DNA from: Camelus dromedarius
Taxonomy: Eukaryota
NCBI RefSeq assembly: GCF_036321535.1
Contig: NC_087436.1
Location: forward strand, 57,786,001 to 57,850,000
Direction of reading: 5' to 3'
DNA: 64,000 nucleotides
Shown here: positions 12,871 through 25,385 of the stretch, one piece after another
Layout: each line of letters starts with the position of its first letter
Position numbering within the stretch: the stretch's first letter is position 1
The notes under the pieces: model-generated
Seen by the model: only the letters and a program-made list of their open reading frames with translations
Told to the model about the DNA's origin: nothing
Databases searched by the model: none
Program-made: the position numbers and the translations under genes

Positions 12871-13612
12871 ATAATATTAATTTCATCTATATTAACAGCA
12901 GTGTAAAAAGTTTCCTTATTTGGGATTGGCCTATTTTCAACATAATCTAATATTAATTCAACATATATTTGATTATCTATAGATCATATATTTAATTATC
13001 TATAGTTCTTCCAATAATTCATTTTACAAAGTTCTACCCTTCATTATTATTATTTTTTCAGATCACCAGATATTTTAGAACATGATACTAGCTGAATTCT
13101 CTGAAAGCTGATTCCTGTTGGTGACATGGCATACTCATTCCCTTGCCACCCTCTCCCCTCAAGTCATGCAATTTCTTTACTTGGCTCACTAGAGTCATCA
13201 GGAAGTTTATGAGGTTCTGTAAAAATAAGCACATTATATATCACATTTTTTCTGTTAAACTTGATGTTTCCCAGACTCGGATTAGATGTTCTTTGTCAAC
13301 TTCTCTAAGAAAGCAGCAACAGCTGGAGAAATGATAGAGAGAATTCATGTTTCAAAAGAAAGATAAAATTGGTGCTGAGAATTTAAAATAGAGTTTTAGA
13401 TGCTCATTCTCCCAGTAGTCTAAGTATTTATTATTTAGTTAGAGGAAATTGTGCACTTGACATCAGGGTGAAATGTAGACACATAAACTCTACTCACTAC
13501 TTGAGGGGAAAGAATAAGAAAGTGATTGTCACACTAACAATAAATGTCGCCCAGAGGGTGGACTCCCTATACGAAGAAATGACTCACAGAAAGCACAATT
13601 CTGCTCACTCAC

Positions 13613-13820
13613 AGGAAAACAAAATGGATGTGATACAAAATGTGTAGAAATTCATATTCTTCAACTGACATGATTTCAAAATGACAATAGGAAATGAAAT
13701 TCAGCATTGCAGTTTGGGCATAAACTTCTGAACGAAATTCTACTTCTCCAGATTTCAGTATTATTAGAATTGGGGCAGACAATTCAAATTGTATATGCCA
13801 CAAAACCGTAACGGTCTCTC
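13613..13820 (-). other. Candidate exon (unverified)
   Basis: cttacAG acceptor (weak pyrimidine tract), CCT|GTGAGT donor, 208 nt open in one frame. Confidence 0.2.
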
Positions 13821-15439
13821 CTGTAAGTTGTCCCATGTCTGTTTGTTTTTTAAACAGCTGTCAACTTGTTCTGTCTCATCAATTCTGGTAGTTCAGGATT
13901 AATTCTCACCATTATCAGTGGCAGAACACGATGGTACAATAAGCCAAAATGACTAAACACATTGTAAGAAAAAAACCTGAGGAGAATAGAAGAGAATCTC
14001 TACATAAAAGCTAATCCCTTATGAACAGCATATTTAGAAACTGTCTGCAGGTAATTACATTCAGGTAACCCAATCTGAAAATGCCAAGTTCATACAATGG
14101 TTCATTTAATTCCATCTGGTGTACAATAATACATTCCTTAATGGACACATTGATTTAAAAGAAAAAAAAATCCCCTCAGATATCAAAAGCCCACATGCCT
14201 TAGTAATTATAAAATATTACATCAACAATTAGAATCTTAAAAATGATCCTGCAATGCTTAATCTATTTTTAAAAAAATGAAATTAGTGTAATGAGCTTGA
14301 CACTTCTCACTACCTAAATCCCTTCTTAGTTATGATCTATTTTCTTAATATAAAGGAATATGTAGGTTAATATGAAGAACTAGGCCAGGACTTCTGATAT
14401 TTTAAGAGGAAAAATGCAAACTGAGTTGGAATCTATGTAAGACATTATGTGTATTCAAAGGTATTTTTAAGGGAGACATTTAATGCTTGGAATGGTGCTA
14501 TGTGTTATCAGCATAGAAATGGTATAAAAACATGCATGTGTTTAACAGTCATTGTTGCTCTTTTCCTAGGTCATTCAGATGGCCAGAGAAGCTGGCTTCC
14601 TAGAGTAAAGGATCAAATATGACTCAAAGCACCTTGATAAATGACTAGGGGGAGGAAAGACCTGTATTTGGCCTTTTGAGGAATGTGAACCATGCCTTTC
14701 AGTACTTTTTCCATCAGAGTACTAATCTTGATGCCTATCAAAGCCTCCATTTTTCTTAATTTATTTCTTCTTTTACAGAAAGGGGCAGGGTCAATGCACC
14801 TCTTATTTTTGTGCATTTTCTTCCTTTAGTGAATAATTATATATATATATATATTTCCCAACTTCCTAATAAATTGATGAAAACCAAAGGCTTTTCCCAA
14901 AGACTTGTTGAAATGCAATAAGCTAGGCTGGCCTAGTTAAAACTGAAGAAGAAAACAGCTTTTTCTTTGTTTTCCCTTCCCCTGTTGGAGCTATTTTCCC
15001 TGCATCATACACGCACCACTTTCCAAAACCAAAGTTCACCCCGGCCCTCTCCCCCTTTCTTCTGGATGTGCCCTGGAATAACCAGCTTCTTTCCTTTGCC
15101 CTACCACACTCTAGCAGCAAACTTTCTTTACAGGTCTCCTCATCAAAAACTAGGTTCTTAGTTTGATTCTCTCCAATTCTTGCTATCTTAAATATGAATT
15201 ACATAATCTCGTAAACTCAATACGCAAATAGTTACTAGTGAGTCTGTCAACACATTATTTCATTGCAGTTACCAAAATGTGTTACTTTAAGGACCTTCTG
15301 GAGTCATAGCCTAAACCTAAAGAAAGGATTGTGTTAATAGGAAATTAAATTACTAAGTTAATTACTTTGAAAACTTTGTATAGGAGAGTATGTAGCCAGC
15401 ACCTTCCAGGGTAATGAGAAAAGAAGATGGTTCATGGGG

Positions 15440-16000
15440 TTCATTAATTCATTCATTCAATAAATATTTATTAATGTCAGACACAGTCCTCAGCACTTGG
15501 GATAAAACAATGAATAAAACAGACTGATTCCTGCTCATAGAGATGCTATGGGGTGAGAGGGTGTCTCATGCAGGAAATGAAATATACAATGAAAAATAAG
15601 CATAGCAAATACAGAAATTTTATTTCATGTTAGATAGTGGTAAGAGCTGTAAAAAAATATTAGAACAGGGTAAGGGTTGGGACAGGGGCAGCTACACAAT
15701 TCAGTGAGACAGAGTCAGCCCCATAGAAAGGGAAACTATAAGGAAACACTGAAAGATGTAACAGAGTTAGTCCAGCTATTTTGTGGAGGAAAAACAATTT
15801 ACGCAAAGGCCTTTAGATGAGGCTGTAAAAAGTGTGTGCCAGTGAACAGCAAGGTAGCCTGTGCCTGCAGAGGAAGGATCCAGGAAAGGGAGAAAACAGG
15901 AGATAAAATGTGAGGTGAGGGGAGGCAGGTGGGGGTTTTACGATACTGAGTCTTGTAGGGCATTGGAATGTTGTGGGCTTTTATTCTTACACAGTAGTTC
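15440..16000 (-). mobile_element. L2 LINE 3' fragment
   Basis: attcattcattcaataaatatttatt tail, gggataaaacaatgaataaaacagac, gaacagcaagg, ggcttttattct. Confidence 0.75.
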
Positions 16001-17283
16001 TAAGACACAATACTGTGTGGCAGGCCAGTGGAAATCCTGTTTTAGGGTCAGACAGACTTTTTATCCATAGCAGCTGTTTATGTGTAGGACTGCCCTTGGC
16101 ATCAGGTCAAAGACCTACCATGGTCACAACTTTGTTCACTACCTCTGATAGGAATTCTAAACCAACCCACTTGCTAAAATTGCAAAAGCAGCTCAATTTG
16201 TTTTGGTTTAAAGATTCCTTCTGTCTCTTTACACAAAAGCTTTGGGACCATCTAGTAACATCTCATAAATGATTATCATTATATTCTAAAAATATGTTTC
16301 TTCTCCATAAATTTAACGTTGAATGCAATCTCCATAAAAATCTTTGGCATCAAACAATTATTTGAGTCAGAGAGTATCTTAAGAATTGGAATCTGAATAT
16401 GTTTGTTATGTGTTAGAAAGTCCTGGTATCTTTCCTCTTGTTGATAAAAGAGTTAAGTTACACACAGTATCTTGAGTTAGAGCAGTTGGTAACAGTGAAC
16501 TGTATCCTCTCCTTTAGAACACAGAAGACACTAGGCAAGCATCCTAGTGGCATGTATAGAAAAGATATATTGTGTCATTTCAACTGGCATTATTCCAGGG
16601 AGTTTTGTTCTGTGGCAGACTGTTGTGAGGGAGGAATGGTGATTGTTACTTCCAGCCATTCCTCTGCAGAAGGACCCATTTGAAGCATGACTGCTGAAGG
16701 AGAAAAGAGCCACAGCTCTAAAGTGACAGCTCTCTGCTCCATAATGTCCCTTTTGAAGGCTGCATAGCTCAGAATCCACAGAATATAAGGCATTTTAGGT
16801 GATGTCAAAATCTCTTTTCCCTGTAGATCTTTTCCCCCTTTGCCTGTTTCTCAATAGCCCTACATGAAAAACAAAAAACAGAAAACAAAAAAAAAAAAAA
16901 CAGTGGAATATAGCTGATGGGGAAATATGATTTTAAAATAAAATTTTACCTTTTCTCAATGAATGATAAACCACAATGTATCTTAGTAGTGAACCATCAG
17001 TTCATTTCCTGATGCAATTTTTTTATACTTCTGAACTATAAAACAAGCTTCTGTAATTCCAATTAAACTCCATATTTGTCTCTGGCATATATCCTTTTAT
17101 ACAAATTTTAGTTATTAATGAAACTTCCATGACTGTCTATATACTTGGGGCTTAAATGCATGCTTAAATATTAACAAGGTTCTGATTAAGATGCAGAAAC
17201 ATGGGTAGTAAAGCTAATGGAAATACTCTACTCTTGTCTTGTCTTGCTTCTATATTATATCCATCAAAATTTCAATTTGCATT

Positions 17284-17335
17284 TGACACCACATTGTAAA
17301 ATGATTATAAATCAATAAAAAATGTTTTAAAAAAA
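17284..17335 (+). mobile_element. Very short 5'-truncated L1 3' end
   Basis: acattgtaaaatgattataaatcaataaaaaatgttttaaaaaaa; imperfect flanking duplication aaaatttcaatttgca / aaaaatccaattagca. Confidence 0.6.
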
Positions 17336-18199
17336 TCCAATTAGCAATGTGAGAATGCAGCATGACTTCCTATGTGTATTCAGGCTCATGTATAGCACCT
17401 CTGCTTTAAGGGGTTTGGAGAAAGCAAGTATTTTTAACATTGAAATGGAAGCAGATTTGATTGAATAGTAATTTCAGTTGAACCTTAAAGAGCACATTGC
17501 CTCAACAGATGGAAATCTTATTTTCCCACCCTCAATTTAGTCTTTTACAATTAATAAAAAAAAATACTGTTCTTTTTTGTCTTAGGTTTGTATCTGCTAG
17601 TTCACTTGATTGTTTCATGGTGTTAATGAGCTCCAGGTCACAAGTTTTATCCCTGTATGAGCCAGTGATGTCTGGAAGAAATTTGGTTCAGAGGCTTCAA
17701 AACACAATCCAATCTTTTGTTGAATATTACATTGTAAGGCAATGCAAACTCATCACTTTGGGAAATAATTAAAAAAAACCTTAAAGTACATTTATACTAA
17801 TGCACTACAGGGATAGGGCATTCATACACCTACTCACATTTCCCTTCAACATATTTCTTCCAAGAGACTGTAAGTTCCTTAGCGCCAAGGTCTATGTTCT
17901 TTGTTGGATAAAATGAATGAATGAATCAGTACATCAAAGAAAGGAAGGACAGAAAGAAGAAAGGCTAAATTTACCTTCATAAGATTATGGAGTGAGAATA
18001 AAGCATATTTAAATATATTCAAATCTCTTCCACCTGAAGAAAAATCAACTTCTTATATTCCTAGAATTACCAACTTATCTTTCTCTTCTCTTGCTCAGTT
18101 ACAGTTCTTGAAGTACCTTCAATTTCCTCTCTACTCATTCCTTTTCTCATCTTTTCTAATCTGGATTTTGTTTGTTTGTTTGTTTGTTTTTTGCCTCTA

Positions 18200-18650
18200 A
18201 AAATTCACCCAAATAGCTCACACTAAGATTAACAATGACCTTCAAATTACTAACTGGACATTTCCGAGTCCTCATATTACTGAGCATTCGGCAGCATCTG
18301 TCCTTGATCATCACGTTCCACTTCCTGAAGTCCCCTCTTTACAGGCTCCTGTTCACTTTCACACACTTCTGACCACTTCCCAATATCCTTCCAATGCTCA
18401 TTTTCCAATAATGTGCTGTTAAATGCTGACTTTCCGCTATTGTCAATCCTAGGCTACTTCTTTTCATTCCTTCAGAAATCTTGAATAGAACCACCTCCCG
18501 ATCTTTATTATAATTTACGTAATAATTACCTCTAAATTTTATACTATCTCTCCGAATGCTGACTGTTTCTCCAAATGTGCCCTTGGATGTCTCAAAAGCT
18601 GCCACTGAGAACTGAGACCACACGTGTCAAAGTATCCTAGTTGTTTTTTC
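18200..18650 (+). mobile_element. L2 LINE fragment
   Basis: aatgaccttc..tggacattt..agtcctcat..cagcatct..ttgatca.., ttggatgtctca L2 motifs. Confidence 0.6.
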
Positions 18651-18659
18651 CAGCAAACC

Positions 18660-19005
18660 TTTGCATGGAAAAGATAAAACTGTAGTTCTACGAATAACTC
18701 CATTGTTTGCTTCAGAAAATTCTTGCAAACCAATTTAGAGACAGCAGTCTGCTCACCTGAGAAAGTTTACTGCTCAAGACCAACTTCATGAACCTTGTTT
18801 TGCTGTGCCCAACAATCCTAAAGTATTATTTCATGAATTTTGCCTAATTTCAGTTAGTTCTCTATCTTGAAAAAACCCACCTTAAATTTCTTGATCCTAG
18901 ACCCCAAAGTTTAAAAAGTATCTCACTTCTAACTTCCCCCTTTTGAGACACTTAGGCTCTTTCAAGGCAGGAAGTTTCAATACATTTAACTTTGCTTTAT
19001 TAACA
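18660..19005 (+). mobile_element. Old ERV LTR remnant
   Basis: LTR-like composition with cccccttttgagac and an aataca-type signal near the 3' end; family uncertain. Confidence 0.4.
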
Positions 19006-19275
19006 GATGGCACAGTATGAATTTGGGAAATCTGGTATCTCCAAATCAACCTGTCACAGAACAACCTTAGCACTTTCCACACAAACTGCGCATTTTTCAT
19101 TATTCTCTACTCTGATAAATGACAATATATCTGACTTGACAAACCCAAAACTTACAGGTTCCTTCCTTTACTTACCCATCTTTGACTGTACCAAATTCTG
19201 TTGTTTTATCTCCCCAATAAATATTAGTTGAATAGATAAATAAGATTGATAATATATATCTCATTCCTCTCCTCC

Positions 19276-19511
19276 CAGTGGAGTACAGGGTGGGGGTGGG
19301 GATGGCGGTGTAAGTGGGCAGCTATGTGCCCTGTGCAGGCAGTAAGGAGACAGAGTCCCTGGAAAGTATTTATAAACAACTAATAAAACAGTTCAAAGTC
19401 TATCAGTTTTATTCTCAAGATACCAGAACAACTGTACACAGCTTCAGTAATAAATACTCTTGCCACCAAGGGGGAGGTCCATTTCCCCTTCTCACACTTA
19501 CTGTGTCATTG
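19276..19511. mobile_element. hAT-type MITE
   Basis: cagtggagtac start, tgcaggcagtaagg..aaacaact.aataaaac..cagtaataaatactc internal motifs, degenerate TIR. Confidence 0.5.
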
Positions 19512-19729
19512 TGTAATTTTACCTTAAGGAAGGTGTTTGCTGAATCCTGTTGACTGCTGATCTCACTGTGAGGAAAGCTGCCCCAGGCACACTAGGTTGC
19601 ATGGATCTCGGGCCTCATTTTCCAAAGCCAAGGCCTCACACTCTAAGTGATGGGCATCTTTCATTCTTTGGAAAAGAAGCATCACAGGCCTCCCCAGGCT
19701 TCCCTCTGCAGCAGAGTCTTCAGTTGCAC

Positions 19730-20010
19730 TCACTCAGCAGACACTGGCTGAGCACAGTGATACGCCAGGCTCTGCTCTAGGAACTGCAGGAACAGCAGGG
19801 AGTTCAAAAGAAAACATCCCTGCCCTTTAGGAGCGTGCAGTACGATGGAAAATTCGGACAGTAATAATATATGTACGTGCATAAATACACACATACACCA
19901 CGTTGTTCAGTGGGTAAAACACATAACATGCTAAAGTAAAAACAACGCAGAGAAGGAGCAGAGGAGGTGAGTACACGGTAGGGCAGGATGAGGGTCAGAT
20001 ATTGTAGACT
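19730..20010 (-). mobile_element. L2 3' fragment
   Basis: ctgagcac..tacgccaggctctgctctagg..tccctgccctt.aggagc. Confidence 0.6.
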
Positions 20011-20639
20011 GGATGGCCCTTTGTTAAAAATCTGTATGTAGCTAAGGAACCATTTATTTATTTTAGATATGAACTCTTACCTACTCTCAGATTTCAAGAC
20101 GAAATTTCCTGGCACAATTTGTACCAAGCTATTTTCATTAAGTGATGTAGTCAGGAAAGCAACACTTCAATTGCTTATAGTTGTGAGAATCATTTTGGCA
20201 AAATTCTTATTTCACTGGTGACAAACCATTTATATACACTATAAGAAAGTCTGATTTCCAGTAAGTTCCCCAAAACAGTCACAAAGTACTTAATTTCACT
20301 TTTTTCTTTTCCTTTCTCATCACTGCCTTTCTCCATTATGCAAATTGATTCAAATCTATTTTTAGACTTTAGAAATCCTTTAACAATGCATGGAAACAGA
20401 AACCCTTCCCTGCCTTCATTAAATAAGGAGCGTTGAAACTGCCTCCAAAGTCCACTTCTACTGAGTGCACAATTGGCGTAATATGGAAGCAGTGGCTTGT
20501 TCTGGAGATGTTTCAATCCACCAGGATCAGCAGCAGGAAAAAAAACTGCTGTTCTATCAAGCCACTAATTCTCATGGAAATGAATGTGAACCCGGGAAAC
20601 AGAATAGAATGGGTTTGGAGCTGTAATCTGTTCACAAGT

Positions 20640-20790
20640 CATGCGGCCACTTCTGGTGACCACAAAACACAGCTTAGGTGAAACAATAAAGCAGGCTGCA
20701 GGTGCGCTTTGTTAAAGGACCTGAAATCAAACTACCACTTCCGGTCAGGCCCTGTTCCTGGAGGAGGGGGCTTTTTGGTGTTACAGCTAT
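20640..20790. promoter_or_regulatory. Candidate enhancer (ETS/SOX/RUNX/E-box cluster)
   Basis: GACCACA 20658, AACAAT 20682, CAGGTG 20699, CTTTGT 20707, ACTTCCGGT 20737 in non-repeat DNA with CpGs. Confidence 0.4.
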
Positions 20791-23700
20791 TTACATTATA
20801 TTCTCTGATAAGTAATCTGTGAAATTTAGGAAGATGTTCAAGATTTTGCATCTTAATGGAACAGTTATTCTTTGGCAGAACTCAGTCGAGTTACTATGTT
20901 GAATTGCCAGCAAGACCTGCATGTATAATGTGAACAGGCCTCCGGCAAAAAAGTTGAAAAAAATTCAGAAATTACTTAATACAATGGGGTTCGTATTTGT
21001 GTGTGTAAAATTAGTTTGAAGAGAATCAAAAGACATCTGGAAGTAAAAGTGGTGGTAAAGTCATGCAGTTTTCCCTTTTCTTTATGAATATTCTTTATCA
21101 TGTACCTTTTAGAGAAATGTAGGACTATTTCAACTGGTTTTAGTTGATCACAAAATCATTATCAGCAATTTGGAAAGTTGATGATTATATTTAAGGTAAA
21201 CTGACTATTTTTCTTTTCTTTTCCTTTTTTGAGAATCAAGGCAATTACCGCGCAAAATAGTTTACATTCTCTGATTAAGATCTGGAGCTATTAATTGATC
21301 AATCTGATTCAAGACTTTCAGGGTCAAAAATCAAATAGGAGAGGTCTAGGGAGAATCACTGACAAAGCAGGCTAAAGGTCAGCTCAGACAAGGATCGCTT
21401 AAATAAACTGTGAAGGGCAGTGAGCTGAGATAAATTCTAAGGTAGCTTAGATCAATTTGGTAAGAAAGGAAGAAAATGGCAAGGGAAAATTAAGAAGCTA
21501 AAGCATTTTGTAGAATATTTGCCAGATAAGAGGGCATTTAAAGTCATTTATTGTTAGAATTATTCCTTTTCCTGGAAAAATACGATTCTAGACCTCTTTA
21601 AAAACACAATTTTTTGTGCCTCCACTTCCCTGTCTATGTTTACTTGATCACTCAGAAAGACACCGCAAGGATCTTAAGTAAACATGATCAGAAGTGTCAT
21701 CAATTCTTTGGATTGGACTCAAGAGACCTATACTGAATCTAACACACAAGATGCTTTTATTCCAAAATCAAGGTTATCTGAGAAATGGGATGTGGAGATC
21801 CATATATCGACATATCTAACTGGAAGCCAGGAGGCAGGTACAGCTGCCGAAATTCTCAGTCCAAAAATTACCAAAAGCCAGGCTATTTTTAAAAAACAAA
21901 TACTTTTCAATTTAAATCATATTATGTACATTTTAAACTTTATTTTTACTTACCAAGAAGTCATTGGTTTGGGAAAAGTCACAAAAGAAAACAAGAAAAA
22001 AACTGGAAACTCAAAAAGGGAAACATATTTGCCAGTTTGCCAGAATGTTGATTCTATTTAGAACATGAAATACCAGGTTAATCTGCTTTTCCATATTATT
22101 TTTAATAATAGTCAATCACTTCCCCTCTATAAATATGTAGCAAATATTTTCAAAATATCAACTTGAAAGTATATAAGATTATCAATTTGCTGAAGGCATC
22201 CATATATTTTTAAGTCACTAATGCAAAAGGTAGCTTCTTCAGAAAGGTTTTATTTTGGCGCAAACTTTGGTTAACTTCTCCTTCCTAATAACACTTTAGG
22301 GAAATAGCTAGGTGGTAGGCCCTGCAGAACGTGGACTATAGATTATAATTTTCCTACACTTTCTCTTCTTCTCTAATGACACGCCCCTGACCCCTGCAGT
22401 TCACTGGATTCCAGAACTGAAAAATCAATCTTCAGTATAGCAAGGGGTGATTTAAAAATTAAACTACTGAGATGAATAAAATGAGCAATCTCAGTTTTGG
22501 AAAGGTTTAAAAAACTAAAAATTTCTTTCTAAGTCTACCATCATATCTCTGCCTAATCAGAAAAGACTTTCTCCAGAGCCAACCACCAGAAATCTAGTAT
22601 TCCGCTAATCGCAACTCATTTTTACCTCTGGCTTAGCCTGGGCATTCTCTCCTTCAAATAGAGAATCTCTTTTGTTCAGTTGTGCTTTTATTAAACAAAC
22701 TAAGAATAAAATATCAGCAAGAAGAATCATAACCTTAAAGAAGTTTCCAACCACATGCTAGAGACATGTACATAAGCAAATAATAACTTTATGTTGATTT
22801 AAATTAATTATTGAAATGGAAATCCAACCAAAGTTCTTTGGGAAAGCAACAGAAAGATTAATTCCAGATGAGTGAGCTTGAGGATGTGGCCCTTGGATCA
22901 TGTGAGCCTGGAATCATGACTAGATTATTAACTCATGGTTTAGACTTTTGAGTCTGGAAGTAATCTTATGCATGGATTACAGGTGTGCTGTATCCAAGAG
23001 AAAGTTATTAAAACAATACAGGCAAGAGCCAATAAAGGTCTGATACACCACAAAGGCGACTATTAAATAAGATGTTGTGCTGGCAGCTCCTGTTTCATCA
23101 CCTTGGTTTGACCCATCCTCACTTGGTCCTCAGACTGGTTTCCTTTTTATTTACATTCTAAATTCCAACAGTTCTTTTTGCATTATTCTCCTTATAATTT
23201 TTTTCTATCCAGTATTTCCCACATCCAAATAATTGCACTATTCCTAGGAAATTTTTCTCACTTCCCACTGGTTAGGTTTCACACTTCCTCCAACTAAGCC
23301 TTTCTCAGCATTGGAAGGACCTCATAAAAAACTCCCCACTCTACTCCCAGAAGTATCCACCAAATCTGACTCCTCACCCAGAGCTTCCCATCCCCTCCCT
23401 CCTGAATTTAGCTCATCTTCCCCTTGGCCCACACACATCAGCATATTGAACAAATTCACCCAGAAATTCTGGATATCAACTCCCTGAAATCTTTCAAATA
23501 TCTAAATTCACTTTCATATGGTACCTCAGTCATTTCCTTGTCTATAAACTTTACAGCTACATTCATACCTTGTTCTGCAGTCAACTTTTAGGGAGAAAAG
23601 TGCTCTTGTTATAGCTGTCATTCTATAGGAACTGCCCCAAGACTTCCTCCCTTATACTGGGAAGCAGGTGTCCTGTTTTATGGAACTATCAGAACACTAT

Positions 23701-24289
23701 TACTGTCCACATCCATTGGTTGATTAAAGCTCTTAAAGAAATTTACTAAAAATTATTTTTACATTCACAGTGGCCCACCATATTTTGAATACGGACTTCC
23801 ATCAAAGCTGGCAAATACTGCATTCAAATAAAAGCCCCTAGAATAGGGCAGTATTACCTTGGATGTCACTGTTTAAATTGAGCAAAACATCCCCTTTTGC
23901 AAAAATCCTTATTTACATCCACACCAAACTGTACTTTCTCCGCTTACTAGAGTGATATCTTGAAGGTACTATAAGGACAAATATTTGGCTGTAAGTAACA
24001 TTCCCCATGTGGTTTATTTACTGCACTCCTTCTATTCAACTTAAAAAACTATTGACTAATATATACAAAGCAATTTCTATGTTGTATTATTTTAGTTTAG
24101 TTATTATTTTCATATGTGTATTGTGTTTGTTCTCAAACAATATACATTTACTCTAGTTTAATGAAGAGGCCTCTTGACATTCTGAGTAACGTGTGGTAGA
24201 GTACATAAAACAATGCCCTTTTGCTGAAACCGGTATTATTTTCCTGATTCTCTTTGCAAAAGCTACATGCCTTTTTCTTTCTTGCTGAA

Positions 24290-24310
24290 TATCAAAGGAC
24301 TTATCAAAGG
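24290..24310. promoter_or_regulatory. Tandem TCF/LEF-like motifs
   Basis: TATCAAAGG at 24290 and 24302. Confidence 0.3.
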
Positions 24311-25054
24311 CTCTGAAGTGTGACCAAATCTCAATTTTCCCAAAGAAAAGCTGTACTTTTCCTAAGGAAAAAAATACCTCGAGTAAAGATCCTATCTGTA
24401 TATGCAGTGTTGTCTTGTCTGATTGACTAGTGTCATTAACTGTCTCTACACACCATTCTTTTTCTACAATTGTCCTCATATATTAAATTCCCAGTCAATA
24501 TAAGGCAGATTAACAGGGTTCTGTCTCACAGGCATAATTTAAAATATTATTTTCAAGGTACTGCCCTGAATCAGAAAATATTTCTAAATTTTTATGGAGA
24601 AATTGAAACATTAAATTTTATTTTTGTAAAAATAAGTGCATATTTTCTTTTCGGTAGCTCAACATAAATATCAGTAATATTTTATTTTTTTCCTTTATTA
24701 GCATACTTAAAAAGCTACTTTGCAATTTAATAATCATTTTGAGATCACTGAGTGTGAATGCAATACAAACATTGAGGGAAGAAGACTATAAGAAGTAATT
24801 AATGTACTTAACTTGAAGTATTATTTTCTTAACCTTCAAATGAAATTAGTAAAACTTAAAAAGCAATATTTGCTTTATGAAACCATAATTCTATTTCAGT
24901 TGGCATGGCTCACTTACAGCTAAGAAGAAAAAAAGAAAGTCACAGGATTTCCAAATAATCTAAACCAACAATATAAGTAGGAGTCTCTAAGTTTAGACAG
25001 ATGGATGGATGGACAGATAACAGAAAGACAGCCAGCCAGCCATAGACAGACAGA

Positions 25055-25385
25055 TATTCTGACGGAAAACACAAGTCTGTGGATCAGAAAACAGATCATT
25101 TATTGCTCACACTGCATGTTAGTGCTGGTTCCTTAGCTTTGATCCCTGTGGGGCAATGCGGGGAGAGTCTGATGTTACCCTGAGCACACAGTAGTGTGGA
25201 ACCACTGGAGACTTGTAAGACTCAGAACTTACAAAGGGTGGCTGGCACAGCAGACCATCTACTCCTAGACTGAGAGAAACTCTTATTCTGGAATGTAAAG
25301 AAATAGTCTCTATTTTCACCACACTGGAGCATAAACAAATGGCTCTGGGGAAGATAGTTTGTAAATCTCTCTGAAGCAACACAAT
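25055..25385 (-). mobile_element. Old ERV LTR remnant
   Basis: tttattgctcac (minus-strand AATAAA) near one end and LTR-like composition; family uncertain. Confidence 0.4.

Noticed and set aside
21684..22061. Longest non-repeat ORF (125 aa)
   Set aside because: No recognisable domain, AT-rich low-complexity 3' half and no convincing splice or promoter context; length compatible with chance in 64 kb
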